Positions 48,006-58,783 are shown, numbered from the stretch's first letter. The stretch: DNA of 64,000 nucleotides from Patescibacteria group bacterium (GCA_041653535.1 JBAZFH010000002.1:7209-71208), one strand, 5' to 3'. Numbers and translations are program-made. Notes: generated by a model not told the origin, from the letters alone.

Positions 48006-50591
48006 ATGAGTTTACCTAATAATATAAAATCTAGAAAAGACTTTAGAAAACGATCCTCTTTTTTTGGTCGCTTTTTTAAAAAGTCCAGAGAAATGCGTCT
48101 TTCCCGGCTTTCTTATATCCAGCACCACCGCCAAAAGAGAATAAAGCTGCTATTTAACTATGTTGTTAGCCTGGGAATAGTCGTTTTCCTTTTTGGCGCA
48201 CTTTTTGCATTGATTGTCTTTGCTTGGACTACTCGCGACCTACCCGATCCAAATAAACTACAAGAAAGAAGTGTTAAACAAAGTACCACTATCTATGATC
48301 GGGAGGGAAAAACCATTCTTTATCAGCTTCACGGTGATGTAAACAGAAAACTAATTAAATTGGAGGAGCTGCCGAAGTATATGATTAACGCCACCATCAC
48401 CGCTGAAGACAGGGAGTTTTATCAGCACAAAGGATTCTCTATTCGCGGCATCATCAGATCTTTTATTTCTAATATTTTTAGCGATACTCGGATCGGCGGA
48501 TCCACCATCACTCAACAGTTTGTTAAAAATGCAATTTTAACCACGGAAAAAACTTATACTAGAAAATTAAAAGAGGTTATCTTGGCGTATCGTATTGAAA
48601 ATAAATTTTCAAAAGATGAAATATTACAAATGTACTTTAACGAAATTCCTTACGGCTCTGTGGTTTATGGTATTGAGGCCGCTAGTGAAAGCTATCTTGG
48701 CAAATCAGCCAAGGATTTATCCTTAGCACAGGCTGCCGTTCTGGCCGCTATGCCCCAACGACCGACGTATTTTTCTCCTTATGGTACTAATATTGACAAA
48801 CTGATGGAACGACAACGATATATTCTTAATGAAATGGTTGATCTGGGCTATATCACAGAACAAGAAGCCGAAACTGCAAAAGCCGAAAAAATAGAATTTC
48901 GACCTCGTTCGGAAAAAATGCTTGCACCACATTTTGTTATGTATGTAAGAGAATTACTAGCTGAACAATTTGGGGAGCGTTATGCCGAAGAAGCAGGATT
49001 GAAAGTTACCACTACTTTAGAAAAAAATTATCAAGAAGCGGCGGAAAAGGCCATTGCCGACCACATAGAAAGCAACCGTACAAAGTATAACGCCAACAAT
49101 GCGTCGCTAATAGCATTAGATACAAAAACAGGACAAATAATGGCGATGGTGGGGTCAGCTGACTACTTCAATGAAGAAATCGACGGCCAAGTAAACGTCG
49201 CTTTGCGCCCACGGCAACCAGGCTCATCTTTCAAACCTCTGGCTTATGCTACAGCTTTTAATAACGGCTATACTGCTGATACCATACTTTTTGACGTAGA
49301 AACAACCTTCAAAACCGACACTGCCGACTACGCGCCAAAAAACTACGACCTAAAAGAGCACGGTCCGGTCACGATGAAAAAAGCGTTGGCAGGATCTCTC
49401 AATATACCCGCGGTAAAAACTTTGTATCTCGCCGGAGTTGATCGTGTTTTAGATTTTGCTGAAAGTATGGGCTACTCGACTCTACGCGATCGCAGTCGCT
49501 TTGGACTGTCTTTAGTTCTTGGTGGTGGTGAAGTAAAGCTGTTAGAGCACACCGCCGGCTATGCCACGTTTGCTCGCGAAGGAGTTTATCAAAAACCTTT
49601 GGCTATTTTAAAAATAGAAGATCCTGACGGCAAAATTTTGTATGAATACAAAGAAGATGAAAACAAGGGTCAGGAAGTAGTAAAGCCGGAACCAATCAGA
49701 ATTTTGAACGATATTTTATCGGATAATTCTGCCCGTGCCTACATCTTTGGTGAAAAAAATTATTTAACTTTATCTAACCGACAGGTGGCGGCGAAAACCG
49801 GGACTACTAATGATTACCGCGATGCCTGGACGATGGGTTACACTCCCTCCCTAGCTACTGGCGTCTGGGTAGGAAATAATGACAACTCGGAAATGAAACG
49901 CGGCGCTGACGGTTCGGTTGTTGCCGCTCCGATCTGGAACCAGTTTATGAATTCTGTCTTATCTGGTAAACCGGCTGAGAGCTTTAACCCTCCTCCGGAA
50001 AACACCTCCACCAAACCAGTGCTGCGAGGCGCGCTAGCCGGACTACAGCCGGTAAAAATAGACCGCTTGACCGGTAAACTGGCAACCGAACTAACACCGG
50101 CTGATCAGATTTCTGAAAAAATCTTTACCCAGTTTCATTGTATTCTATACTACGTTAACAAAGATGATCCGCAGGGTCCATCGCCGGTTGACCCTTTCGC
50201 CGACCCGCAATATGCTTCTTGGGAAGACGGAGTACAAGCCTGGGTTAAAAGACAGGGTTATAGCCAGAGCCAAGAAACTCCACCCACTGAATATGACGAC
50301 TTGCACACCTCTGCTAATAAACCAACTCTAGTTATGGTTTCTCCAGCTAACGGCGCAACAATTAATAGTAAAAATTTAATCGTTAATATTGCCGCCTCAG
50401 CTCCTCGAGGGGTAAAGAAAGCAGAATTTTTTCTCGATAATAAACCAATCGGCACCACTACCTCCGATCCGTGGACTTTAAGCACCCAACTTAGCAATAT
50501 TGAATCAGGGATTCATACTTTATCGGTAAAAATTTCTGACGATGTCGGCAACTCAGAAACAAAATCACTTGAACTAAACTTTTTATTGTAG
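48006..50591 (+). CDS. class A penicillin-binding protein (PBP1A) with C-terminal Ig domain
   Basis: EDREFYQH, GGSTITQQ, RKLKE, SSFK, SLN, KTG. Confidence 0.95.
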   Translation: MSLPNNIKSRKDFRKRSSFFGRFFKKSREMRLSRLSYIQHHRQKRIKLLFNYVVSLGIVVFLFGALFALIVFAWTTRDLPDPNKLQERSVKQSTTIYDREGKTILYQLHGDVNRKLIKLEELPKYMINATITAEDREFYQHKGFSIRGIIRSFISNIFSDTRIGGSTITQQFVKNAILTTEKTYTRKLKEVILAYRIENKFSKDEILQMYFNEIPYGSVVYGIEAASESYLGKSAKDLSLAQAAVLAAMPQRPTYFSPYGTNIDKLMERQRYILNEMVDLGYITEQEAETAKAEKIEFRPRSEKMLAPHFVMYVRELLAEQFGERYAEEAGLKVTTTLEKNYQEAAEKAIADHIESNRTKYNANNASLIALDTKTGQIMAMVGSADYFNEEIDGQVNVALRPRQPGSSFKPLAYATAFNNGYTADTILFDVETTFKTDTADYAPKNYDLKEHGPVTMKKALAGSLNIPAVKTLYLAGVDRVLDFAESMGYSTLRDRSRFGLSLVLGGGEVKLLEHTAGYATFAREGVYQKPLAILKIEDPDGKILYEYKEDENKGQEVVKPEPIRILNDILSDNSARAYIFGEKNYLTLSNRQVAAKTGTTNDYRDAWTMGYTPSLATGVWVGNNDNSEMKRGADGSVVAAPIWNQFMNSVLSGKPAESFNPPPENTSTKPVLRGALAGLQPVKIDRLTGKLATELTPADQISEKIFTQFHCILYYVNKDDPQGPSPVDPFADPQYASWEDGVQAWVKRQGYSQSQETPPTEYDDLHTSANKPTLVMVSPANGATINSKNLIVNIAASAPRGVKKAEFFLDNKPIGTTTSDPWTLSTQLSNIESGIHTLSVKISDDVGNSETKSLELNFLL

Positions 50592-50599
50592 CCATTACA

Positions 50600-51622
50600 A
50601 TGAATAATAAAATAAAAAAACTTCTATTCGAAACTGAATATCTAACTGGCGGCTATCATATGCCGCCTGAATTTTTGAGTTTAATTATTACCTTCCGCTG
50701 CAATTTTCGGTGTCCGTCTTGTTCTATCTGGCAAAAGCAATCTTTTGACGACGAACTAACGGAAGTTGAATGGTTGTCAGCAGCGGAAAATATAAAAAAG
50801 ACTTTAAAGCCAAACGCTTTTGTCGAGATTAATGGTGGTGAGCCTTTAATCCGAAAAAATCTGACTATAAAAATAATTCAAGAACTAAAAAAATATTTTA
50901 AATCAGTGGCTCTAAATTCTAATGGATTATTAATCAACCAAGAAACGGTTAAAGAACTAGAAAACGCCGGTCTTGATATACTAAAAATCTCTTTTTATAG
51001 TCTAGACCAAGAAACTCACAATAATCTGCGCGGTACGAGCACTGCTTACGACAGCGCCCTAAAGGCAATCAAACTAATGAGTGCCAGTAAGATCAAACTA
51101 GAAGTCGGTGTTTTGGTCACCTCACACAACATAGAAGACCTACCACGGCTCGTGGAGCGCCTCCAGGAAACGCCAAACACAACTATTGTCATCCAACCAC
51201 TAGATGAGAGTGTTGAGTTGCTAGAAGCAAAGAATAATCCCAAAACAACTGCTATAAATGATGGCTTATGGCCAGCACCAGAAGTAGTTCAAAAAACTTT
51301 TTCTTGGCTATCAAAAAACAATCACAACATAAAAAACTCTGTTTTAAGTTTGCAAGCTATAAGAAACTATTATCTTGATCGGGCGAGTGCTCTGCGCTAC
51401 CGCTGTTTTGCCGGACAACGAAACCTGGTCATATATCCCAACGGAGAAATTACTTTCTGCTTTAAACGCGGAAGTGTCGGTAATATAAAAAACAAACCTC
51501 TTAACACGACTCTAAAAGGGGCTAAAAAAGAACGTTTGGCTATTAAAAAATGTCCAAAATATTGTCGGATAATTGGCTGCAACTTTTCTCGCGGCATAAA
51601 GGAGTTATTTATAAAAAAATAG
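50600..51622 (+). CDS. radical SAM protein with SPASM/twitch domain
   Basis: CNFRCPSC, GGEP, CFAG...PNGEITFC...C...C. Confidence 0.88.
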   Translation: MNNKIKKLLFETEYLTGGYHMPPEFLSLIITFRCNFRCPSCSIWQKQSFDDELTEVEWLSAAENIKKTLKPNAFVEINGGEPLIRKNLTIKIIQELKKYFKSVALNSNGLLINQETVKELENAGLDILKISFYSLDQETHNNLRGTSTAYDSALKAIKLMSASKIKLEVGVLVTSHNIEDLPRLVERLQETPNTTIVIQPLDESVELLEAKNNPKTTAINDGLWPAPEVVQKTFSWLSKNNHNIKNSVLSLQAIRNYYLDRASALRYRCFAGQRNLVIYPNGEITFCFKRGSVGNIKNKPLNTTLKGAKKERLAIKKCPKYCRIIGCNFSRGIKELFIKK

Positions 51623-51628
51623 CTTTAA

Positions 51629-51660
51629 CAAAAACACCCCCTGCGATAAGGGGTGTTTTT
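51629..51660. terminator. bidirectional intrinsic terminator
   Basis: aaaaacacccc...ggggtgttttt between convergent genes. Confidence 0.75.
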
Positions 51661-51677
51661 ATATACTTTTTGTATTT

Positions 51678-52253
51678 TTAAAACTTAAATTCTTTGCCAT
51701 TAACAGTCACGACAACCATTTCAACTTTTTTAGATAGTTGCTCTTCTGCTGCATATTTTGCCGTCATAACAATCTGCTGTTTAGCCTGTCTTGCTTCACA
51801 ACTTCCCGCGACCAGATTGCTAATGTTGCCAGAAAAATCTAGCACAATTTTTTCGTCTTCAATCACGACTTTGTTTAAAATTGTCCCTTCTGGGATACTA
51901 GAATAATACCCGGCGCTTTTCCATTTTTCCGTCGGTCCGGCAAGAAGCAGCTTGATATTGTTCTCAACCGGATTTTCTCCCACGCCGCTAATGTGAACCC
52001 AGTAAACAGTGCTGCAGTTCTTTTTATCTGGATCATATTTAGCGCTGCCGAAAAAAATATTGTTATATTTTATTACCGCCTTTACTTCTGCGCCGGTTTT
52101 TTCAACTGGCATTGTTTGGTTGTTATTTTCGTCTAGTGTATTTAAATTATCTTCACCACCAAACTTTCCTTTAAGTGCTTCACTTAAATTTGAACAGCCA
52201 ACTAAAACAAAAGATAAAGCAACGACAACTAACAAAACTCTTGTTTTTTTCAT
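51678..52253 (-). CDS. GerMN-domain lipoprotein
   Basis: Lipobox LVGC; LLAGPT...SSIPEGT...LDFS...QIVMT. Confidence 0.8.
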   Translation of the reverse strand: MKKTRVLLVVVALSFVLVGCSNLSEALKGKFGGEDNLNTLDENNNQTMPVEKTGAEVKAVIKYNNIFFGSAKYDPDKKNCSTVYWVHISGVGENPVENNIKLLLAGPTEKWKSAGYYSSIPEGTILNKVVIEDEKIVLDFSGNISNLVAGSCEARQAKQQIVMTAKYAAEEQLSKKVEMVVVTVNGKEFKF

Positions 52254-52341
52254 ACTTTTAAAAATTTATTAATTTCTTTTTGACTCTTTTAATAATACAA
52301 CTTTCAAGGCTTTTTTCAACCTTGTGGGGAATAGAAAACAT

Positions 52342-53505
52342 TTATTGTTTTATTGGCATTATTAAATAAAGATAGTCTCTATCCACTCCTTCTTGCGCTG
52401 AAGCTAGTACTGGTTTTATTATCACCGGAGTATTATTATCTGTCACTTCAACTAAAGCTTCGGAAGTATTAATCGCTGTTAACCCATCAAGTAAATAACG
52501 GTAATTAAGAACAACTTCATTTTGTTCTCCATTAATATTTGCTTCCAAAGAAGAAGTATTTTCTCCAATCTGCGCGTTAATAGAAGAAATTATTAGCTCT
52601 GCCTCTGGTTTTAATTGCAAAGAAATGTCATTTATACCGGATTTTACAAACAAACTTGCTGACTTAACTGCTTTTGTTAAATCGTCCGTATGAATAATCA
52701 TTTGAGTTTTATAGCTATTTGGTATTATGGCCGAATAATTTGGGTACTGCCCTTCAATCACGCGTGATATTAACTCTATATTATTATAAACAAAAAGTAT
52801 TTGATTTTCGTTTAAATAAATATCTAAAAAATCTTCCTCTCCACCATCGTTGTCTTTTTCTTTGTTAATTACTGACAATATTCTTTGTATTTCTTGCAGT
52901 GTTTTGGTTGGCAAAACCACTTTTTTTTCTTTATTCTCTTCGCTAATTTTAGATAAATTTATTTTCTTTTCAGCTAAACGATAACTATCTGTTGCCGCCA
53001 TAATTAATTTTTTGTTTTCATTGTCAAAATACATAAACACGCCTGATATTTCTGGTCGCGCTTCGGATATGGCTGTAGCAAAAACAACTTGCTGAATACC
53101 TCTAAGAAATTCATTTGGTTTTATAGAATAAGGTATGGTTTTTTTTATTTGAGGGATGAGCGGAAATTCTGAAGCAGCTTCTCCTTTTATCGTTGTTTGA
53201 TGATTGCTGCAATTAATTTTTATTTGATCTTCTTTTAACTCAAGATCAATTTTTTCTCTGGGTAGTAAATTAATATAATCCGCTAATACGCGCGCCGGTA
53301 AGGTAAATTCTCCGTTTTCCTCCACCTTACCACGAACAAAACAAGTTACGCCTATTTCTAAATTTGTGGTGGAAATTTTTATCAAACCATCCTCCGCCTT
53401 AATTAAAATATTATTTAATATTGGAAGATTAACATTTTTAGTAGCAATATGACTTGCTATTAAAAGACCTTGATTAAAATTTTCTTGGGTACAGGAAAAT
53501 TTCAT
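52342..53505 (-). CDS. dnaN: DNA polymerase III beta clamp
   Basis: LPILNNIL, TNLEIG, ATDSYRL, IEGQYPNY, YLIMPI. Confidence 0.97.
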   Translation of the reverse strand: MKFSCTQENFNQGLLIASHIATKNVNLPILNNILIKAEDGLIKISTTNLEIGVTCFVRGKVEENGEFTLPARVLADYINLLPREKIDLELKEDQIKINCSNHQTTIKGEAASEFPLIPQIKKTIPYSIKPNEFLRGIQQVVFATAISEARPEISGVFMYFDNENKKLIMAATDSYRLAEKKINLSKISEENKEKKVVLPTKTLQEIQRILSVINKEKDNDGGEEDFLDIYLNENQILFVYNNIELISRVIEGQYPNYSAIIPNSYKTQMIIHTDDLTKAVKSASLFVKSGINDISLQLKPEAELIISSINAQIGENTSSLEANINGEQNEVVLNYRYLLDGLTAINTSEALVEVTDNNTPVIIKPVLASAQEGVDRDYLYLIMPIKQ

Positions 53506-53769
53506 AAAATGTATTTTAATTATATTATATTAAAATATAATAAGTAATAATAATAAGGGGTGTGGACGGAGTGGAAAAGTGCTTTTAAAACAGCTAGGAC
53601 AAGTAGTTTTCTTTTTATTTTTGTGAATAACTTTTGTAAAAACTGCAGGTCTTGCTGTGAACAACTTTAAAGTTAAAAACCGCTTGAGAAAAAAATTGTT
53701 GAAAAACAGTTTATAACTTCTTTGGTTATATATAGTCTTTTAACAACTAATCAACAAGTTATTCAATTT
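53506..53769. other. replication origin (oriC) between dnaA and dnaN
   Basis: DnaA-box-like 9-mers at 53561, 53570, 53622 and 53656; TAA-repeat/AT-rich tract 53521-53556. Confidence 0.75.
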
Positions 53770-55194
53770 TTAATTGTAAAGACGTTGTTTGATCATGCTT
53801 ACATCCTGTCTGATTTTTTCATCATTTTCTGCTTCCCTGGAAATTTTGGCATAAGCGTGCATAGCAGTGGTGTGGTCTCGACCGCCCATTTCTTGTCCAA
53901 TACCAGGAAAAGAAGATTTTAACTCTTCCCGCATTAAATACATAGCAATTTGTCTTGGCACCACTAATTTTTTTTCCCGGCAAGCGCCAACCAGATCAGT
54001 TAAAGTAATATCAAAAAAATCACAAATTGTTGTTAAAATGGTTTTAGCTGTTATAGCCTTTTTCTTTGAGCCGTTAGTGGTCCAGGAGGTTAAAGATTTT
54101 TTTACATTGTCTAAGCTAGGCATCATTTTATGCACTTCTACAAGGGCTAAAATCTTGTTTAAAGCGCCTTCTAGCTCACGAATATTACTCGCGACATTGT
54201 TGGCAATATAATGTAATACGTCGCTTTCTAGTTGAATGTTTTTTTCCCGGCACTTATTTTCTAAAATTGCCAAACGCATTTCGAAATCAGGAGTACCAAT
54301 ATCAGTGATAAGCCCCCATTCAAAACGAGAAATTAATCTTTCTTCTAGCGCTGGGATGGCTTTAGGCGGGCGGTCAGAAGTAACAACAATTTGTTTGTTT
54401 TCTTGGTGTAAGGCGTTAAAAGTATGAAAAAATTCTTCTTGAGTACCTTCTTTACCCGCTAAAAACTGGACGTCATCGATTAAAAGTAAATCAGGCGTAC
54501 GATAAAAACGTTTAAAATCGTCCACCGTGCCGCTTTGGATTGATTTAATAAAATCGTTAGTAAATTTTTCACAATTAACATAAAGAATTTTTTTATTTGC
54601 CGCGCTTTCTAATACACGATGACCAATAGCTTGCATTAAATGCGTTTTTCCTAAACCCACTCCCCCATAAATAAACAATGGATTATAGGTGCGACCCGGC
54701 GCTTTTGCCACAGCCATGGCAGCAGCGTTGGCGAGTTCGTTGGTTTTACCAACAACAAAGCTGTTGAAAGTATAGCGTGGATTAAGACCGAATTTGTTTG
54801 CTTTAAGATCGTTGGCTACCGGCACCGCCATTCTTGTTTCGAAACTTTTTTCTTCAAAAACCGTTTTATCTTCATCTTTTGTTTCTTCAAGGGATTTTTC
54901 TCCGTCGGAATTATTAGCGCTAAATAGGTCTTGAGCTGTCGGCTTATAAGAGGAAACGCGAAACTCTATCTTTTTTACTTTGCCTTCAGTAATTTTATCT
55001 AAACTTTTAATAATGTTGCTATAAAATTTTTGTTCCAACCATGTTTTGGTAAAAGCATTAGGGACGCCGATAACTAAGGCATTGTCGTTTTTTTCTAAAA
55101 CAAAAGTTTTTTTAAACCAAGTAGAAAAACTTCCTTTCGTTAGCGTTAGTTCAAGCTCTCCTAGTACTGTTTGCCAAAGTTGTTGGTTAGTCAT
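53770..55194 (-). CDS. dnaA: chromosomal replication initiator DnaA
   Basis: YNPLFIYGGVGLGKTHL, LLIDDVQF, RELEGA, GGRDHTT. Confidence 0.99.
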   Translation of the reverse strand: MTNQQLWQTVLGELELTLTKGSFSTWFKKTFVLEKNDNALVIGVPNAFTKTWLEQKFYSNIIKSLDKITEGKVKKIEFRVSSYKPTAQDLFSANNSDGEKSLEETKDEDKTVFEEKSFETRMAVPVANDLKANKFGLNPRYTFNSFVVGKTNELANAAAMAVAKAPGRTYNPLFIYGGVGLGKTHLMQAIGHRVLESAANKKILYVNCEKFTNDFIKSIQSGTVDDFKRFYRTPDLLLIDDVQFLAGKEGTQEEFFHTFNALHQENKQIVVTSDRPPKAIPALEERLISRFEWGLITDIGTPDFEMRLAILENKCREKNIQLESDVLHYIANNVASNIRELEGALNKILALVEVHKMMPSLDNVKKSLTSWTTNGSKKKAITAKTILTTICDFFDITLTDLVGACREKKLVVPRQIAMYLMREELKSSFPGIGQEMGGRDHTTAMHAYAKISREAENDEKIRQDVSMIKQRLYN

Positions 55195-55282
55195 AATATT
55201 AGGCCCTTTTAAATTATCCGCCAGCAGCGGATGAATAAATTTTGATTTAGATTTTTGTTTAGAGTGATGTTATTTTAGCACA

Positions 55283-55291
55283 TTATCCACA
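55283..55291 (+). promoter_or_regulatory. consensus DnaA box upstream of dnaA
   Basis: TTATCCACA. Confidence 0.7.
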
Positions 55292-55677
55292 ACCAAAGAA
55301 TGGTCAAAAAATAGTAAATGTTAATTAACTGTGCACTAGCTGGGGAAACATCTGATTTGTACTATGTCGCCCAATATTTATAGGGTTGTCGGCGATTTTG
55401 GCTATTCACGCTGACTCCTAAAAAGGAACCATAGAAAAGGAGTCGTAGCATTTAAAATAATTAAAAAAGTGTTTAAAATTAGACAAATAATGTGCTTGGT
55501 GCTGTTTTTTTCAGCAAACGAGCGGTTTGGCCAGATTTTGATAATAGGTGTATTTTAAAATATATTTAATTTTAGACAAATTTCATTTTTCTTGTTTTTC
55601 AAGAGTTTGATCTTTTGGGGGTTTGGTGTTAGTATTAGGCTATTACTTGTATAAAACATTTAAAATTTACCTAAATT

Positions 55678-55815
55678 ATGCCAAAAAGAACATTTCAGCC
55701 GAAAAAGGCTCATAAAGCGAAAAAACATGGTTTTCGCTCTCGAATGGAAACCAAGGATGGTCGCAAGGTGTTAAAGCGCCGACGCGCCAAAGGCCGCAAA
55801 AAATTGACTGTCTAA
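55678..55815 (+). CDS. rpmH: 50S ribosomal protein L34
   Basis: Below ORF-track cutoff; [45 protein letters not shown]. Confidence 0.97.
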   Translation: MPKRTFQPKKAHKAKKHGFRSRMETKDGRKVLKRRRAKGRKKLTV

Positions 55816-55870
55816 AAACTCTTAAAGCCCCCTCTTTGTGGGGGTTTTAAAATAGTTGTAGAATATACGT

Positions 55871-56218
55871 ATGCTAAGCAAAGAATTTCGAATAAGAAAA
55901 GACAAAGAAATAAAAACCATTCTCGGTAAGGGCAAGGGTTTTTATAGTAAAGTTTTTGGTATCAAGTTTTTGCCAAACCAAGCCGCGGTTAGCAGGTTTT
56001 GCTTTGTGGTTTCTAATAAAGTGAGTAAACAAGCAACTAAACGTAATACCCTAAAAAGAAAAGTAAACGAGATAATCAGACTCAACCTTAAAAAAATTAA
56101 ACCCGGAATTGATTTAGTGATCATGGCCAGAACTGGCGCTGATATTTTGAGCAAAGACTACAAAGAGTTGGAGCGAGAACTGTTTTGGGCTCTAAATAAA
56201 AGCGGTCTGACAAAATAA
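55871..56218 (+). CDS. rnpA: ribonuclease P protein component
   Basis: [22 protein letters not shown]; synteny with rpmH. Confidence 0.93.
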   Translation: MLSKEFRIRKDKEIKTILGKGKGFYSKVFGIKFLPNQAAVSRFCFVVSNKVSKQATKRNTLKRKVNEIIRLNLKKIKPGIDLVIMARTGADILSKDYKELERELFWALNKSGLTK

Positions 56219-56219
56219 T

Positions 56220-56492
56220 ATGAAAACTCTAGAAAAAATATTTTTCCCTTTACGACTGTTTGTGGTTTTTTTGATTAATATTTATCAGAAAGTTTTGTCT
56301 TTTGATCACAGTCCGGCAGGAAAGGCGATGTTTCCTCACGGGTTTTGTCGTTATAGTCCGACTTGTTCCGAGTATGGCAAACAAGCGATATTGAAACACG
56401 GTTTAATAAAAGGTGGTTGGCTGGCGACGTATAGAGTTTTTCGCTGCAATCCGTGGTCGAAGGGCGGATACGATCCAGTACCGGAGGATTAG
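56220..56492 (+). CDS. yidD: membrane protein insertion efficiency factor YidD
   Basis: [10 protein letters not shown]...[14 protein letters not shown]. Confidence 0.95.
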   Translation: MKTLEKIFFPLRLFVVFLINIYQKVLSFDHSPAGKAMFPHGFCRYSPTCSEYGKQAILKHGLIKGGWLATYRVFRCNPWSKGGYDPVPED

Positions 56493-56524
56493 TATATAGG
56501 GGTTGGTATATAGTATATAGGGAA
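56490..56524. repeat. heptamer array TAGTATA-like
   Basis: tagtata taggggt tggtata tagtata tagggaa starting at the yidD stop. Confidence 0.6.
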
Positions 56525-56614
56525 AAATACAAAAATTTATAGAATAAAAAATCGAGGCACTCCCTCGTTTTTTATTTTACTATAAGCATAAAAGCTATGG
56601 GCTACTAGCCGTTC

Positions 56615-56842
56615 TTACATCTGTATTTCAATAGTTTTGTCTTTGCCGCGCAGACCTTTTACGATTACAATGTTGCTTTTGGCAACTTTAAACTCTTCGG
56701 AAATAAGTTCTATTACCTGATCGTTGGCTTTACCCGCAGTAGGGGCGGCAGTAACGCGCACTTTCCAGGCGCCACTGGGTTCTTTGATAATTTCATTTTT
56801 ATTAGCCCTAGCGGCTACTCTTATTTTTAATCTAAACATCAT
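56615..56842 (-). CDS. DUF167/YggU family protein
   Basis: VRVTAAPTAGKAN...IVKGLRGKDK. Confidence 0.88.
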   Translation of the reverse strand: MMFRLKIRVAARANKNEIIKEPSGAWKVRVTAAPTAGKANDQVIELISEEFKVAKSNIVIVKGLRGKDKTIEIQM

Positions 56843-56854
56843 ACCTATTATTTT

Positions 56855-57283
56855 TTATAATACCTCTTTAATGCTTTTTTTATATTTTTTCTTATCGGCA
56901 ATAAGTAAAAATATAAAAATCACGGCGGTAATAACTATGGCAACTAGGTACCAACCAACGGCAACTGTCATGCCAATAGCGGCTGCTACCCAAATATCGG
57001 CAGCAGTGGTTAGTCCCCGAACCTCTCCTTTTTGTACTATAATCATGCCGGCACCAAGAAAACCGATGCCGACAACTATTTGCGCGGCGATTCTCGTAGG
57101 ATCAACAATCGCTCCGAAAAAACCATAAACAGATAACAGTGTAAAGAGTGCCGAACCAAGAGCTACCAAAGCGTGGGTTTTAGTGCCGGCGGCTTTTTCG
57201 GCAATATTTTTACGCTCCCATCCCAGCAATCCTCCTAAAACAGCGGCGAGCAAGACCTTAGCTAAAATAATGATTTGAGACAT
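56855..57283 (-). CDS. MgtC/SapB family protein
   Basis: GWER..AGTKTH, DPTRIAAQIVVGIGFLGAG, GLTTAA. Confidence 0.92.
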   Translation of the reverse strand: MSQIIILAKVLLAAVLGGLLGWERKNIAEKAAGTKTHALVALGSALFTLLSVYGFFGAIVDPTRIAAQIVVGIGFLGAGMIIVQKGEVRGLTTAADIWVAAAIGMTVAVGWYLVAIVITAVIFIFLLIADKKKYKKSIKEVL

Positions 57284-57289
57284 AATTTT

Positions 57290-57781
57290 TTATAAGTATA
57301 AAATTTTTAATTCTGCTTCGTGTTTTTCTGTATCATAGACGGCAAAAGTCGGTTTGGCAAATAGACCTGCCAGAGTGCCCGGATTTAGTAGTTTGGTTTC
57401 CCCGATGGTTTCTTCCCATGGTTTATGGTTGTGACCGTAAAAAACTACATCATATTTTTTGGTGGTGGCTAGCTCTCTGGCTTTTTCCGGTTGGTGGGTA
57501 AAAGCGATTTTGATTTCCTTGATTTCTAGTTCGCCGACATCGCCAAGTAAATGGGTATTAGGTGTGGCTAATTTTTGCATAACCTCTTTATCGCCGTCGA
57601 CATTACCAAAAGCTAAATATACTTCTCCGTCAAAATTTTCACCCAAATATTTCAAAACGCTCGGCGCGCAAACATCGCCGCAATGGATGATGGTTTTTAT
57701 TCCTTCAGCTTTAACAATCCGCAACATCTCGTCGATGTTTGGGATATTGTCATGGGAGTCGGAGATAATGGCAAATAGCAT
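57290..57781 (-). CDS. YfcE-like metallophosphoesterase
   Basis: SDSHD, HCGD, GNVD, GHNH, NPG. Confidence 0.9.
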   Translation of the reverse strand: MLFAIISDSHDNIPNIDEMLRIVKAEGIKTIIHCGDVCAPSVLKYLGENFDGEVYLAFGNVDGDKEVMQKLATPNTHLLGDVGELEIKEIKIAFTHQPEKARELATTKKYDVVFYGHNHKPWEETIGETKLLNPGTLAGLFAKPTFAVYDTEKHEAELKILYL

Positions 57782-57782
57782 A

Positions 57783-57940
57783 TTGGTAGTTGGTAGGTGG
57801 TAGTCGGGGTTAGTTAGGGAGCGACCCTGCATGTGCGGGGTTATCGTGATTGGCGCATTTAATAACCAAATTTCCAGTTTCTAATTTCAAGTTTTTTGTC
57901 TTTGTAGCGTCAAAATAAAGAAATCAGAAATTGGAAATTA
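57783..57940. repeat. heptamer arrays in the nfo-phosphoesterase spacer
   Basis: ttggtag ttggtag gtggtag; caaattt ccagttt ctaattt caagttt with inverted gaaatca gaaattg gaaatta. Confidence 0.6.
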
Positions 57941-58783
57941 AGAGTCTCTTAGATGTTTTAGAAACTTTATATCACGTTTTCTTTTTTCGTCGCTGGGGGT
58001 TTCTAGGATCATGTTAACTTTTTTTAGCTTAGAATTTCGGACGATAGCAGTGATCCCCTCTTTACCGATTTTACCGTCACCAAGATCGGCGTGGCGATCT
58101 TTTTTGGAATTCAGTTCAGTCAGCGAATCGTTGAGGTGCATTAGGTTTAAAAATTTTAAACCAATTTTTTGATCAAAAGTCTTTAGAGTTTTTTCTATAG
58201 CGGCTTTGTTTCTCCAGTCGTAGCCGGAGGCAAATGAGTGGCAAGTATCGAGACAGACGCCGATTTCCGCCTTAGGAAGCTTTTTTAGGATACCCTTGAT
58301 AATCGTACCAATTTCTTCGAATTCATCTCCAATGATTTCCCCGCTGCCGGCCGAGTTTTCGATCAGGAGTTCGGTGGTTCCTTCGTAGTCTTCCAAAACC
58401 TTGATTAAACCCTCGATGGTTTGTTTGATTGCCGGCGTTCGACCCAAGTCTTTGGCACTACCCAGGTGGGTCATGAGGTATTTCACGCCAAGCAGTGAGC
58501 AGCGTTCCAGTTCTTCACGAATAACCGAGATAGAACCATAGCGAACACGGCTGTTACCTGAAGCAAAATTTATAAAATAAGGAGCGTGGACATAAGCTTC
58601 AGCTTGTTGGTAGTTTTTACACGCTTCTTTAAAATCTTTCACTGTTTTAGGAGTAATAGTCGCGGCTGGTCCGCCCTGTGGCGGTCGGGTGAAAAATTGA
58701 AAAACCTCGCAATTGATAGAAGCGGCATTGGTCGGGGCGTTTGCTGCTCCGCCGGCAGCAGAGATGTGAGCGCCAAATTTCAT
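57938..58783 (-). CDS. nfo: endonuclease IV
   Basis: GAHIS, HAPY, HLGS, IENSAG, CLDTCH, HLNDS, DRH, ILETP. Confidence 0.95.
   Translation of the reverse strand: MKFGAHISAAGGAANAPTNAASINCEVFQFFTRPPQGGPAATITPKTVKDFKEACKNYQQAEAYVHAPYFINFASGNSRVRYGSISVIREELERCSLLGVKYLMTHLGSAKDLGRTPAIKQTIEGLIKVLEDYEGTTELLIENSAGSGEIIGDEFEEIGTIIKGILKKLPKAEIGVCLDTCHSFASGYDWRNKAAIEKTLKTFDQKIGLKFLNLMHLNDSLTELNSKKDRHADLGDGKIGKEGITAIVRNSKLKKVNMILETPSDEKRKRDIKFLKHLRDS

Noticed and set aside
57820-57845. REP-like hairpin gaccctgca/tgcggggtt
   Set aside because: Single copy and no RAYT transposase in the window; insufficient support.
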